Shown: piece after piece, positions 16,194 to 25,688 of the stretch
How the letters are laid out: the number at the start of each line of letters is the position of its first letter
Numbering within the stretch: the stretch's first letter is position 1
From: Gemmatimonadota bacterium
GTDB taxonomy: Bacteria; Gemmatimonadota; Gemmatimonadetes; Gemmatimonadales; GWC2-71-9
Direction: 5' to 3'
DNA: 57,751 nucleotides
NCBI GenBank assembly: GCA_040002695.1
Contig: JBDUEA010000001.1
Span: 1-57,751, forward strand
Made by a program: the position numbers and the translations under genes
Notes under the pieces: model-generated
Databases searched by the model: none
Seen by the model: only the letters and a program-made list of their open reading frames with translations
What the model was told of the DNA's origin: nothing

Positions 16194-17828
16194 ATGAGTC
16201 TCCGGTATCTGCTCGTCGCCTTCCTCGCCATTCCACTGATGGCGCCTGCTTCCATTCTCCCGGCGCAGACGACGCGGCCGGAACGCACGGATTTCCGGGA
16301 GACCTCGTCTCACGCCGACGTCGTCGCGTTTCTCGATTCGCTCCAGCACGCCGGAGCCGGCATCCGAATCGGGTCGATGGGCCGGAGTCCGCGGGGCAAA
16401 TCAATTCCCTATGTCATCGCCTCGCGTCCCCTGGTGGACGGCCCCGGCGATGCCCACCGGACCGGAAAGCCGATCCTCTACATCCAGGGCAACATTCATT
16501 CGGGAGAAGTCGAAGGCAAAGAGGCGGCGCAGATGCTGCTGAGAGATCTGACCCTCGGCCCCCTGCGTTCGCTGCTCGACAGCGTAGTCGTGATTCTGGT
16601 CCCGATTTACAACGCGGACGGCAACGACGATTTCGGACCGGGAGAGCGCAACCGTGCGGGCCAGAACGGTCCGCCCCTGGTAGGGAAGAGCACCAACGGT
16701 CAAGGTCTCAATCTCAATCGGGATTACGTGAAGCTCGAGGCGCCCGAGACTCGCGCGTCGCTGGCGCTCATCGACGCCTGGGAGCCGGACGTCTTCATCG
16801 ACCTCCACACGACCGACGGCAGCTATCATGGGTACGCACTCACCTATGCGCCCGGACTCAATCCCAACAGTCCGCCCGCCAACGAGTATGTGCGCAATCA
16901 TTTTCTTCCGCTGATCCGCGAGCGGATGCGGCGCCGACACCATCAGGAAGTCTTCGACTACGGCAACTTCAGGAATCAGGAGCCCGACTCCCTCGTGCAG
17001 GGATGGGAGACCTATGATGCCCGGCCAAGATTCGGCACCAACTCGATGGGCATGCGCGGCCGGCTCGCCATTCTGAGCGAAGGCTACAGTAACGCGCCCT
17101 TTCGGGAACGGATCGACGCAACCTACAATTTCCTCCGCGAGATCCTGAGCCTCGCCGCAGAAGAACGAACCACCATCACCGCGCTCGTCGCATCCTCCGC
17201 CCGCTTCGCACCCGACTCGGTGACGGTGCGCTCGGTGCTGGCACCCCCGACCCGGCAGGATGTCATCGCGGAAGTGACCCAGGCCGACTCCGATGGCCAC
17301 GGACCCTTCGCCCGCCGCAAACGGACCGGCGTCTACCGCACCATCCGCATGCCCGTCTGGGATCGCTTCGCGCCTGCCCGCCGCGAAGCATTGCCGTCGG
17401 GCTATCTGCTACCGCCGGAATTTTCCGGGATCGCCGCGATGCTGGTGCGGCAGGGCATCATCGTGCAGCGCCTGCGGGAGAACTGGCATGGAGACGCCGA
17501 GGCCTTCTCGATCGACAGCCTCTGGGCGGCGCCCGCCGTGTTCGAAGGTCACCGGACGGTGATGCTGAACGGACGCTGGTCTCCCCGATCCGCTGAGCTC
17601 CACGCCGGCTGGTTTTACATTCCGACCGCGCAGCGCCAGGGTGTCTTCGCGGCATATCTCCTCGAGCCTGCCAGCGAGGACGGCTTCGTCACCTGGAACC
17701 TCCTGGACCGCGCCATCGCCGTCGGAGACGAATACCCCTTTCTCCGCGTCCGCGCACCGCTCAAAGCCGATGCCGAGCTGGTCACCGACATCCGCGCCGA
17801 ATCGTCCGACGAATTCACCCCACGCTGA
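16194..17828 (+). CDS. M14-family zinc carboxypeptidase, secreted
   Basis: Signal peptide present. GNIHSGEVEG carries the HxxE zinc site, plus GLNLNRDY and DLHTTDGSYHGY. Confidence 0.8.
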   Translation: MSLRYLLVAFLAIPLMAPASILPAQTTRPERTDFRETSSHADVVAFLDSLQHAGAGIRIGSMGRSPRGKSIPYVIASRPLVDGPGDAHRTGKPILYIQGNIHSGEVEGKEAAQMLLRDLTLGPLRSLLDSVVVILVPIYNADGNDDFGPGERNRAGQNGPPLVGKSTNGQGLNLNRDYVKLEAPETRASLALIDAWEPDVFIDLHTTDGSYHGYALTYAPGLNPNSPPANEYVRNHFLPLIRERMRRRHHQEVFDYGNFRNQEPDSLVQGWETYDARPRFGTNSMGMRGRLAILSEGYSNAPFRERIDATYNFLREILSLAAEERTTITALVASSARFAPDSVTVRSVLAPPTRQDVIAEVTQADSDGHGPFARRKRTGVYRTIRMPVWDRFAPARREALPSGYLLPPEFSGIAAMLVRQGIIVQRLRENWHGDAEAFSIDSLWAAPAVFEGHRTVMLNGRWSPRSAELHAGWFYIPTAQRQGVFAAYLLEPASEDGFVTWNLLDRAIAVGDEYPFLRVRAPLKADAELVTDIRAESSDEFTPR

Positions 17829-17844
17829 TCCTACCGGAGTAATC

Positions 17845-18306
17845 ATGCTTGCAGCCGGTGACAGGGCCCCCGACTTTTCGCTCCCTACCGACGGGGGAAA
17901 GACCGTTTCGCTCGCGGGCCTCAAGGGCACCAAAGTGGTGCTGTACTTCTATCCGAAGGACGATACCAGCGGTTGTACGACGCAGGCCTGCGAATTCCGT
18001 GACACCTGGAAATCGGTGCAGGCCGCCGGTGCCATCGTCCTCGGCGTCTCGCCGGATGGCGTCGCCAGTCACGACAAATTCAAGAAGAAATTCCAGCTGC
18101 CGTTTCCGCTCCTCGCCGACACCGATCACGCCGTCGCCGAGGCGTACGGCGCGTGGGGTGAGAAGTCGATGTACGGACGCAAATACCAGGGGATTCTGCG
18201 CACCACATACGTCATCGATGGGGCGGGACGGATCAGTCACGTGTTCGAGAAGGTGAAGCCGAAAGGCCACGCGGCGGAGATACTCAAGGCGCTCAAGGAG
18301 GGATAA
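17845..18306 (+). CDS. bcp: Thioredoxin-dependent peroxiredoxin Bcp
   Basis: Internal ATG of ORF 17641... Motifs: MLAAGDRAPDFSLP...VVLYFYPKDDTSGCTTQACEFRD...GVSPD. Confidence 0.9.
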   Translation: MLAAGDRAPDFSLPTDGGKTVSLAGLKGTKVVLYFYPKDDTSGCTTQACEFRDTWKSVQAAGAIVLGVSPDGVASHDKFKKKFQLPFPLLADTDHAVAEAYGAWGEKSMYGRKYQGILRTTYVIDGAGRISHVFEKVKPKGHAAEILKALKEG

Positions 18307-18516
18307 GAAACGACCATGGCCTGGGCTCCGTAGTTCTACTATCCCGCAATTCCAGAGGCTCCAATTATCTTCTCAGGCCATTCTACTTCCGTTCCGGAGG
18401 GCTGTATCAGGACTATCTATTTCGCGCTCTGTCTTCCGCTCGTCGGCTGCGCCCATGGGGCCGCGGGTGGAGCCTCCGCGCCGGTTCCCGCGACCGGGAC
18501 GACGGGCCCCTCGCAG

Positions 18517-19494
18517 GTGTTCATCCAGCCCGAAGCTGGTGAGCGCCATCTGCGCAACATCCGACAGCTGACCTTCGGAGGCAATAATGCCGAGGCCTAT
18601 TTCTCCGCCTCGGGGAAGCAGCTCATCTTCCAGCGCCAGCTGGACGTCACGGCTGGCTGCGATCAGGAATACACGATGAACATCGACGGCTCCGGGCTTC
18701 GCCGCATCTCCAACGGCCAGGGTCGCACCACCTGCGGCTACTGGTACGATCATGACCGGCGGGTGCTCTACAGCTCGAGCTTCAAGAACGCGTCGGAGTG
18801 TCCCACGCCGCCCGACCGCACGCACGGCTATGTGTGGCCGCTGGGCCATCTCGAGATCTACACCGCGAAGCCCGACGGCAGTGACCTGCAGGCCCTCACC
18901 GCAAACGGCGCGTACAACGCCGAGTCCACGGTGTCGCCGGACGGATCGAGGATCATCTTCACCAGCACGAAGGACGGGGACATCGATCTCTATACCATGA
19001 AGGTCGACGGCTCCGACGTCCATCGCATTACCAATCGCATGGGCTACGATGGCGGCGCCTTCTATTCGCCGGACGGTGCCCACATCGTGTGGCGGGCCGC
19101 CTATCCGATGACGGCGGCCGACACCTCCGACTATCTGTCCCTCCTGCACCAGCGGCTGGTACGCCCCGCGAAGGTGGAGCTCTGGATCGCCGATGCCGAT
19201 GGCAGTCATGCGCACCAGATCACGCACCTCGGCGGCGCCAACTTCGCGCCCTATTTTCACCCCGATGGCAAGCGCATCATCTTCGCCTCGAACTACGAGA
19301 GCCCGAAGAGCGGCGCCTTCGATCTTTTCCTCGTGAACATTGACGGCACCGGGCTCGAAAAGATCACCACGAATCCGGAGTTTGATGCATTCCCGATGTT
19401 CAGCCCCGACGGACGGAAGCTGGTCTGGGCCTCGAACCGTCACGGCCATGAGAACGGCGAAACCGATCTCTTCGTCGCGGACTGGGTGGAGTGA
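18517..19494 (+). CDS. TolB-like WD40/PD40 beta-propeller protein, probably a lipoprotein with a longer N-terminus
   Basis: Repeated PD40 motifs (FSASGKQLIF, VSPDGSRIIF, YSPDGAHIVW, FHPDGKRIIF, FSPDGRKLVW). The track start is the GTG at 18517, but the in-frame upstream sequence encodes a lipoprotein signal (see findings). Confidence 0.8.
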   Translation: MFIQPEAGERHLRNIRQLTFGGNNAEAYFSASGKQLIFQRQLDVTAGCDQEYTMNIDGSGLRRISNGQGRTTCGYWYDHDRRVLYSSSFKNASECPTPPDRTHGYVWPLGHLEIYTAKPDGSDLQALTANGAYNAESTVSPDGSRIIFTSTKDGDIDLYTMKVDGSDVHRITNRMGYDGGAFYSPDGAHIVWRAAYPMTAADTSDYLSLLHQRLVRPAKVELWIADADGSHAHQITHLGGANFAPYFHPDGKRIIFASNYESPKSGAFDLFLVNIDGTGLEKITTNPEFDAFPMFSPDGRKLVWASNRHGHENGETDLFVADWVE

Positions 19495-20246
19495 GCGACA
19501 TGACCTCCGACCCACGTACTCCAGAGGCGGCCCCGGGAGAGACCGGCTCGGCCGTACGCTCCCATTGGCTGGTGGAGTGGACCCGTTCGCTGCTCGTCGC
19601 ACTGCTTATCTGGTTTCTCATCAGCACCTTCGTGGTCAAGGCCTTCCGCATTCCGTCGGAAAGCATGGAGAACACTCTGCTCGTCGGCGACTTTCTCTTC
19701 GTCACGAAGGCGTTGTACGGCGCAGAAGTCCCTCTGATCCATCGCCGGCTGCCGGCCATCCGCGAGCCGCGTCGCGGTGACGTCGTGGTCTTCGATTCGA
19801 AGGAAGAGGCCGGTGTCGAGATCGTCAAACGCCTCATCGGCGTTCCGGGTGACACGCTCGCGATGGTGGCTGGGCGCCTGATCCGTGACGGACATCCGCT
19901 CGATGAACCCTGGGCAGTCAACTCCAACGCCCAGAAATCCGAACAGCCCGAGGTCCGCGCGCGCATGCGGGCCTGGCAGCTGCCACATCTCGCCGGCGGC
20001 AATCCGGCGACCTATGATCCCGATATCCATGACTGGGGCCCGATCGTCGTGCCTCCGGATTCCTTTTTCATGATGGGCGACAACCGCGACAACTCCTACG
20101 ACAGTCGCTACTGGGGCTTCCTCCCTCGGCTGAGCATGCGCGGCAGTCCGCTCATCGTCTATTTCAGTTATGATCCGCAGAGCTGGCACGCCCTTCCTTT
20201 CCTCACGGCGATCCGCTGGGGACGCTTCTTCACTCGTCCCTCCTGA
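19491..20246 (+). CDS. lepB: Signal peptidase I (copy 1)
   Basis: Motifs: PSESMENTLLVGD (catalytic Ser box), VKRLIGVPGD (Lys box), GDNRDNSYDSRYWGF. Confidence 0.9.
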   Translation: MSDMTSDPRTPEAAPGETGSAVRSHWLVEWTRSLLVALLIWFLISTFVVKAFRIPSESMENTLLVGDFLFVTKALYGAEVPLIHRRLPAIREPRRGDVVVFDSKEEAGVEIVKRLIGVPGDTLAMVAGRLIRDGHPLDEPWAVNSNAQKSEQPEVRARMRAWQLPHLAGGNPATYDPDIHDWGPIVVPPDSFFMMGDNRDNSYDSRYWGFLPRLSMRGSPLIVYFSYDPQSWHALPFLTAIRWGRFFTRPS

Positions 20247-20282
20247 TGTCCCGACCTGTCCGTCCAGCGTCTCCGTGACCCC

Positions 20283-21008
20283 ATGACCACCGGCATCGCC
20301 GATCCGCGTGAAGCCAGTACGTCGCACTGGCTGAAGGAATGGGCGAAGTCCATCCTCGTGGCGCTGGTCGTCTGGTTTTTTCTCCGCACCTTCCTCGTCG
20401 AAGCCTTCCGAATTCCCTCGGGCAGCATGGAAAACACCCTGCTGGTCGGCGATTTCCTGTTCGTGAACAAGGCGATCTTCGGCGCCGAAGTGCCGCTGGT
20501 GCACACCTGGCTCCCCGCCGTGCGCGAGCCCCGCCGTGGCGATATCCTGGTGTTCGATTCGGTCGAGGAAGAGAACTTGAAGGTCGTGAAGCGGTTGATC
20601 GGCGTTCCGGGAGACACGCTCGCGATGGAGCATGGCGATCTCTTCCGGAACGGCAAGCCGGTCGAGGAGCCCTACGCGTTACACACCGATCCGACGAAAT
20701 CGGAAGACCCGATTCTCCGCTCGAAGATGCGCCAGTGGCAGGTGAAGAACCTGGTCGGCCGGGATCCCGCGACCTACGACCCCGACCTCGAGGACTGGGG
20801 GCCGATCGTCGTGCCGGCGGATTCATTTTTCATGATGGGCGACAATCGCGACAACTCGTACGACGGGCGTTACTGGGGATTCCTGCCGAGGCTCAACGTG
20901 CGGGGTACGCCGCTCATCGTCTATTTCAGCTACGAAGCCGGAAGCTGGCGGCCGCTTCCATTTTTCACCGCAGTCCGCTGGGCACGCATCTTCACCCGTC
21001 CCAGGTGA
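20283..21008 (+). CDS. lepB: Signal peptidase I (copy 2, tandem paralog)
   Basis: It has the same boxes (PSGSMENTLLVGD, VKRLIGVPGD, GDNRDNSYDGRYWGF) and is collinear with copy 1 over its whole length. Confidence 0.9.
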   Translation: MTTGIADPREASTSHWLKEWAKSILVALVVWFFLRTFLVEAFRIPSGSMENTLLVGDFLFVNKAIFGAEVPLVHTWLPAVREPRRGDILVFDSVEEENLKVVKRLIGVPGDTLAMEHGDLFRNGKPVEEPYALHTDPTKSEDPILRSKMRQWQVKNLVGRDPATYDPDLEDWGPIVVPADSFFMMGDNRDNSYDGRYWGFLPRLNVRGTPLIVYFSYEAGSWRPLPFFTAVRWARIFTRPR

Positions 21009-21030
21009 TCCCCGGAATTCGCCTCGGCGC

Positions 21031-22203
21031 TTACTCGAGTGCCAGCGCGGAAAGCGCGGCGAGAGCCGCTGCCCCGGCCGAGGCCAGGAACGCGGTTCTG
21101 GCTCCGCCGATTCCATTCAGTGTCCCCGCCATCATCGGCCCCACGATCCGCGCAACCGCTCCGACGCTCGTGAGCGTACCGAGCGCCCTGCCCTGTTCTT
21201 CGGCGGTCGAGATGCGGGAGACGTAGCCCGTGACACTCGGCCCGACGAGTCCCGGCCCGAACGCCAGCAGCAGCAGCGCCCCGAGCAGCGCCGGCAGTCG
21301 CCACGCCACCGGCACGCCGGTCACGTACGCAAACGGCAAGGCGGACAGTCCGAGCGCAAGCAGCACGCAGCCGGTCAGCATGAGTTTCCGGTCGCCGAAT
21401 CGCGGGGCGAGCCGGCCCACCAGTCCCCCTTGCACCGCCGCCGTTACCAGCCCGATCAGCACGAAGAAATACGCTGCGTGCCGTCGATCGTATCCGAGCT
21501 CGCGCTCGATGTGCAGCGGAAAGACGACGTACATCACGGTGAACGCAATCGTCGAGAACGCCATAACGCCGTACGGCGCGGCCATGCCTTTCCAGCGCGA
21601 AGTGAGGGCCGGCTTCACGAATGGAACGTGAACCCGGGTCTCGGGAAGCCGAAACCAGGCGAGCAGGAAATTCGAGGCGCAGAGTGCGCTGGCCACGTAC
21701 CCGGGCGCCGCGTGGCCCCACTGGCTGCTGATTCCCCCGATCGCGGGTCCGACCACGAACCCGAGGCCGAACGCGGCGCCGATGAACCCCATGGCGCGGG
21801 AGCGCCGCTCCGGTGGCGTGACGTCGGCAAGATACGCCTGCGCGACACTGACCGTGGCTCCCATCGCGCCGGCCACGAGCCGGGAGAGCAGCAGCACGAA
21901 AAAACTCGGCGCGATCGCGAGCAGCAGGTAGGAGAGCGCGCTTCCGGCAAGTCCGCTCAGCAGCACCGGCCGGCGACCGATCCGGTCGCTTAGTCGTCCC
22001 CAGCGCGGCGCGAACACGAACTGCATCAGGGAAAAACTCGCGACCAGCATCCCGATGCTCGCATCGCTCACATGGAACCGCGCGGCGTAGCTGGGCAGCA
22101 GTGGCAGCACGATGCCGAACCCGACCAGGTCGATGAACACCGCGGTGAAGACCACCAGCGTGGCGGAACGAGTGGCGTCGGCCGGCGCGGGTGTGGACTT
22201 CAT
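21031..22203 (-). CDS. MFS transporter (DHA1 / Tet-like efflux family)
   Basis: 390 aa and about 12 TM segments. MFS motif A is GRLSDRIGRRPVLL. Confidence 0.85.
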   Translation of the reverse strand: MKSTPAPADATRSATLVVFTAVFIDLVGFGIVLPLLPSYAARFHVSDASIGMLVASFSLMQFVFAPRWGRLSDRIGRRPVLLSGLAGSALSYLLLAIAPSFFVLLLSRLVAGAMGATVSVAQAYLADVTPPERRSRAMGFIGAAFGLGFVVGPAIGGISSQWGHAAPGYVASALCASNFLLAWFRLPETRVHVPFVKPALTSRWKGMAAPYGVMAFSTIAFTVMYVVFPLHIERELGYDRRHAAYFFVLIGLVTAAVQGGLVGRLAPRFGDRKLMLTGCVLLALGLSALPFAYVTGVPVAWRLPALLGALLLLAFGPGLVGPSVTGYVSRISTAEEQGRALGTLTSVGAVARIVGPMMAGTLNGIGGARTAFLASAGAAALAALSALALE

Positions 22204-22266
22204 GGGTTGTCGGGGGAAGATTGTGGAGGAAGCGGGAACCCGCGCGGAGCTTTGGGAGTCGTGCGG

Positions 22267-22539
22267 TTAGTCGCTTCCTCGGTGCAGGTCGGGGGCGTGT
22301 GGAGTCGAGCTTCGCGCCAGGTACGTGGCGCTCCGGCTGCAAGCGGCGCAGTGCAGCGTCACCCGCCCGCCGTCCTGCATGATGCCAAGTGGTGGCGCGC
22401 GTTCAATGTCGGCGGAACCGCAGGTGGGGCAAACCAGAGTCTTCTGGTCGCGATCGGCCGCGATCAAAGCGAGGGCCTCTGCTGCGCGATATTCTTTGAT
22501 ACCTCGACGTCCCACGGCACTTCCTTCCAGCGGGCACAA
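22267..22539 (-). CDS. Small Cys4 zinc-ribbon-like protein (hypothetical)
   Basis: CPTC...(22 aa)...CAAC spacing. The opposite-strand ORF 22325..22774 is Arg/Ser-rich junk. The start is uncertain. Confidence 0.4.
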   Translation of the reverse strand: MCPLEGSAVGRRGIKEYRAAEALALIAADRDQKTLVCPTCGSADIERAPPLGIMQDGGRVTLHCAACSRSATYLARSSTPHAPDLHRGSD

Positions 22540-22614
22540 ACCGGCATTGGTTACCGTCCCGCCACTCGCAATCTATGACTTGCCGGGCCGAGATGAAAGC
22601 CCGCGCACGCACGC

Positions 22615-23061
22615 ATGGAGTCCTGCATGTCGATCACGCACTCGCTCTCATTCGCGCTCTCGCTCGTCGCCGTGGTTTCGTTCGCGCCGCGCCCGCATCA
22701 TGCCCCGGTGGTCCATGAAATCCGGATCGAGGGAGACACCGCTTCTGAGCAATTTCGCTTTACGCCGAGGGTGACTACAGCAGTGCCGGGCGATGTCCTA
22801 CAGTTCACCGTCGTGAGCGGCGCCCCACACTCGGTCGTCTTCGAAGTGAAGGGGCTCACGCCGGCTGCGCACGCTGCCCTCAACGCCTCGATGCCCGCGC
22901 GCCTGAGCGATCTGAGCGGCCCGATGCTCCGGGCGAAAGGTGATCAGTATCGTGTCGTCGTGCCTGCGCTCGCGGCGGGAACGTATCATTTCTACTGCCT
23001 GATGCACCGGGCCTATAACATGGGCGCCGATCTCCGCATCGACGCGCCGCACGGTAACTGA
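22615..23061 (+). CDS. Type-1 copper (cupredoxin, plastocyanin/pseudoazurin-like) protein
   Basis: Signal-like N-terminus. Copper ligand pattern: H (APHSVVF) ... C-x2-H-x4-M in YHFYCLMHRAYNMG. Confidence 0.75.
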   Translation: MESCMSITHSLSFALSLVAVVSFAPRPHHAPVVHEIRIEGDTASEQFRFTPRVTTAVPGDVLQFTVVSGAPHSVVFEVKGLTPAAHAALNASMPARLSDLSGPMLRAKGDQYRVVVPALAAGTYHFYCLMHRAYNMGADLRIDAPHGN

Positions 23062-23220
23062 TCACCCGGGTGGGGTTCGGAGGGACTCGGCCGAGCGTGC
23101 CAGATCGCACCGCCCGGCCCTCCGGCCGGGGTCGCCCTGCCTTCTCCTGCTGGCCCCTTTCCGACCTCTCCCGCGGCCGGTACATTGACTCGTCCCCTAT
23201 TCCTCTGCCCAGCAGGAACT

Positions 23221-24558
23221 ATGATCGCGAGAAATGTCCTTCGGGTCCTCGCCACCGGCGCGGGCGTGCTCATGGCTGCGTGCGCGGGCGGGGCTCAGCC
23301 CGGCGGCGTCGCCCCCGCCGACCTGCCTGCCCTCGAGGCGCAGCGCGCCGCAAAACCCACCGACGCCGCATTGGTCACCCGGCTCGGCGTCGCGTACTAC
23401 GATGCGAAGGATTTCTCCAAGGCGCGGGATGTGCTCGAGTCCGCCATCGCCCTCGATCACAACTTCACCGCGACCGTTTATCTCGGACTCACCTTCGAGG
23501 AACTCGGCCTGCTCGATTCCGCCCGGACCGCCTACTCGGCCGCCGATGCACGAACCACCTCGGCCCGACAGAAGAGCCAGATCAGCGATCGCCTCGCGCT
23601 TCTCACCAGAAAAGAGCTGCAGCAGTCCGCCCGGGAGGCCATCGCCCGGGAATCGGAGCTCACCGCTTCCCCTCCGGTCGAGAATACGGTTGCCGTGCTG
23701 CCATTCCGGTACGTCGGCACCAACGAGGATCTCCGTCCCCTCGAGCGCGGCTTGACGCACCTCGTCATCGCAGACCTTGGGAAGGTCGGTCGCCTGCACC
23801 TGCTCGAGCGGGAACGGGTCCAGTCGCTTGTCGATGAAATGAAACTGGACGACGCGGGCCGAGTGGCACCTGCCACAGGAGCCCGTTCCGGAAGGTTGCT
23901 GCGCGCGGCGCGCGTGGTTCAGGGATCGCTGCAGGACCTTCCCTCGCAGACCCAGCTGAAGCTCGATGTCGACGTCGTGAATACCTCGACCGCCGACGTC
24001 CTCGCCAGCGGGTCCGGTACGGACCAGCTTCAGCAGCTCTTCGGCGTCGAGAAGCAGGTGGTGCTCCAGCTGCTCCAGCGCATGGGGATCACGCTCTCGC
24101 CCGCGGAGCAGCGCGCCATCAGTGAGCGGCCGACTGCGGATCTCCAGGCTTTCCTCGCCTTCAGCCGAGGGCTTGAGGCAGAAGATCGTGGAGACTTCAA
24201 GGCGGCCGAGACCGCCTTCAACGAGGCCGCCACGCGGGATCCGAATTTCCGCGCGGCGAGTGATCACCGGGCTCAGGATCAGAAAGTTTCTGACGCAATG
24301 GCCGCCTCGCCGGCGCAACTTGCCGGACTTGGCTCCGCCTTCAGCAATCCCGGGTCGCTCGGCGGCACTCGCGGGCTGACGCTGCGGAACGCCATTTCCG
24401 TGGTGATCCCCAGCGTCGGACAATCCATCAATCAGCAGGCTGGCACGTCAAGTCAGCCGCCGCTCTCCCGGCCCCAGCTGCCGGAGGCGCTCCGGAACGA
24501 CGATCCGCTCGCACCGGTGCTCATCGGTAATATCATCATCGTCATCACCCGCCCGTGA
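23221..24558 (+). CDS. Lipoprotein with N-terminal TPR and a TolB_N/CsgG-like (COG5616-type) domain
   Basis: The ATG at 23221 gives MIARNVLRVLATGAGVLMAACAG (lipobox). It has a TPR segment followed by VAVLPFRYVGTNEDLRPLERGLTHLVIADLGKVGRLHLLERERVQSLVDEMKL. Confidence 0.65.
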   Translation: MIARNVLRVLATGAGVLMAACAGGAQPGGVAPADLPALEAQRAAKPTDAALVTRLGVAYYDAKDFSKARDVLESAIALDHNFTATVYLGLTFEELGLLDSARTAYSAADARTTSARQKSQISDRLALLTRKELQQSAREAIARESELTASPPVENTVAVLPFRYVGTNEDLRPLERGLTHLVIADLGKVGRLHLLERERVQSLVDEMKLDDAGRVAPATGARSGRLLRAARVVQGSLQDLPSQTQLKLDVDVVNTSTADVLASGSGTDQLQQLFGVEKQVVLQLLQRMGITLSPAEQRAISERPTADLQAFLAFSRGLEAEDRGDFKAAETAFNEAATRDPNFRAASDHRAQDQKVSDAMAASPAQLAGLGSAFSNPGSLGGTRGLTLRNAISVVIPSVGQSINQQAGTSSQPPLSRPQLPEALRNDDPLAPVLIGNIIIVITRP

Positions 24559-24566
24559 GGAGACCG

Positions 24567-25688
24567 ATGCGCACAACGATCCTCCTGCTCGGCGCGATCG
24601 CGGCGTTCCCGGCGGTCGCCTCCGCCCAGGCCGTCGAGGGCGGACAATCGTCGGGAATCACCGGCATCCAGGTTCGCCGCTATTCGTTCGAGAGCGGTTC
24701 TCCCAACGCCTGGGTTCGTCAGGTCGCGATTCCCTTTGCGGTCATGGTACCGATCGGCAAACGGCTCTCGGTGGACGTCGGCACCCACTACGCCTCGACG
24801 ACCGTCCGCTCGAGCGCCGGCAGCGAGGAGAGCCTCAACGGTCTCACCGATACCCAGCTCCGGGGCTCTTACATTTTCGGAAATGATGCGCTCGTCGCGA
24901 CACTACTGGTGAATCTGCCGACCGGGCAGGAGAAAACGTCTTTCACCAAGTTCAACAACGTCGCCGGGCAGATCGCTTCGAACTTCCTGCTCTTTCCAGT
25001 CAATTCGTACGGGAGCGGCACGTCCGCGACGGGCGGCCTGGCCGCGGCAACCCAGTTTGGAAACTGGAATGTGGGCGCCGCAGGCAGTGTGCGCGTAAAC
25101 GCATCCTATCAGCCGTTCTCGGATGCCGCGCAGGCAAGTCTCCGCTACAAGCCGGGAGTCGAAGGGCGCATCCGCCTCGGCGCCGATCGCCTGGTGGGTT
25201 CCTCACGCCTCGAAGCGGGAGTGACACTCAGCACCTTTTCAAACGACGAGTTTACCGGGGCCGCCGCGTCTACCGGATCGTATAATCCCGGAACCAGGTA
25301 CATCGGCGAGCTGGGGCTCACGAGCCCGTACAAGTCTGGCTCCGTGTCCCTGTATCTGTGGGATTTCTACCGGTCGAACGCCAAGGACACGTCGACGGTC
25401 ACGGTTTCCAACCGGGAAAATATCTTCACGGCCGGCGCGTCGGCGAATTTTCCGCTGAGTCCCGCGGTGGGACTTCGGCCCTTGATCGAAGGCCGCTTCT
25501 GGAGCGGCGCTGGACGCAGCGGCCAGCTGTACGGTGGCGGCGCGTCACTTCCCATTGGTGTCTCTCCGCGTTTCCAGTTCACGCCGGGAGCTCGGTATGA
25601 TTTCGGGCATCTCGAGACGCCGGCCGTCACCGGATCGAAGAGTATCAAGGGCTGGGAACTGTCTGGACTGCTCCGGTACTCGTTTTAG
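24567..25688 (+). CDS. Outer-membrane beta-barrel protein (hypothetical)
   Basis: Signal peptide MRTTILLLGAIAAFPAVASAQA, an alternating strand pattern and a C-terminal LLRYSF. The ORF overlaps the upstream gene end (a GTG at 24555 overlaps by 4 nt). Confidence 0.7.
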   Translation: MRTTILLLGAIAAFPAVASAQAVEGGQSSGITGIQVRRYSFESGSPNAWVRQVAIPFAVMVPIGKRLSVDVGTHYASTTVRSSAGSEESLNGLTDTQLRGSYIFGNDALVATLLVNLPTGQEKTSFTKFNNVAGQIASNFLLFPVNSYGSGTSATGGLAAATQFGNWNVGAAGSVRVNASYQPFSDAAQASLRYKPGVEGRIRLGADRLVGSSRLEAGVTLSTFSNDEFTGAAASTGSYNPGTRYIGELGLTSPYKSGSVSLYLWDFYRSNAKDTSTVTVSNRENIFTAGASANFPLSPAVGLRPLIEGRFWSGAGRSGQLYGGGASLPIGVSPRFQFTPGARYDFGHLETPAVTGSKSIKGWELSGLLRYSF

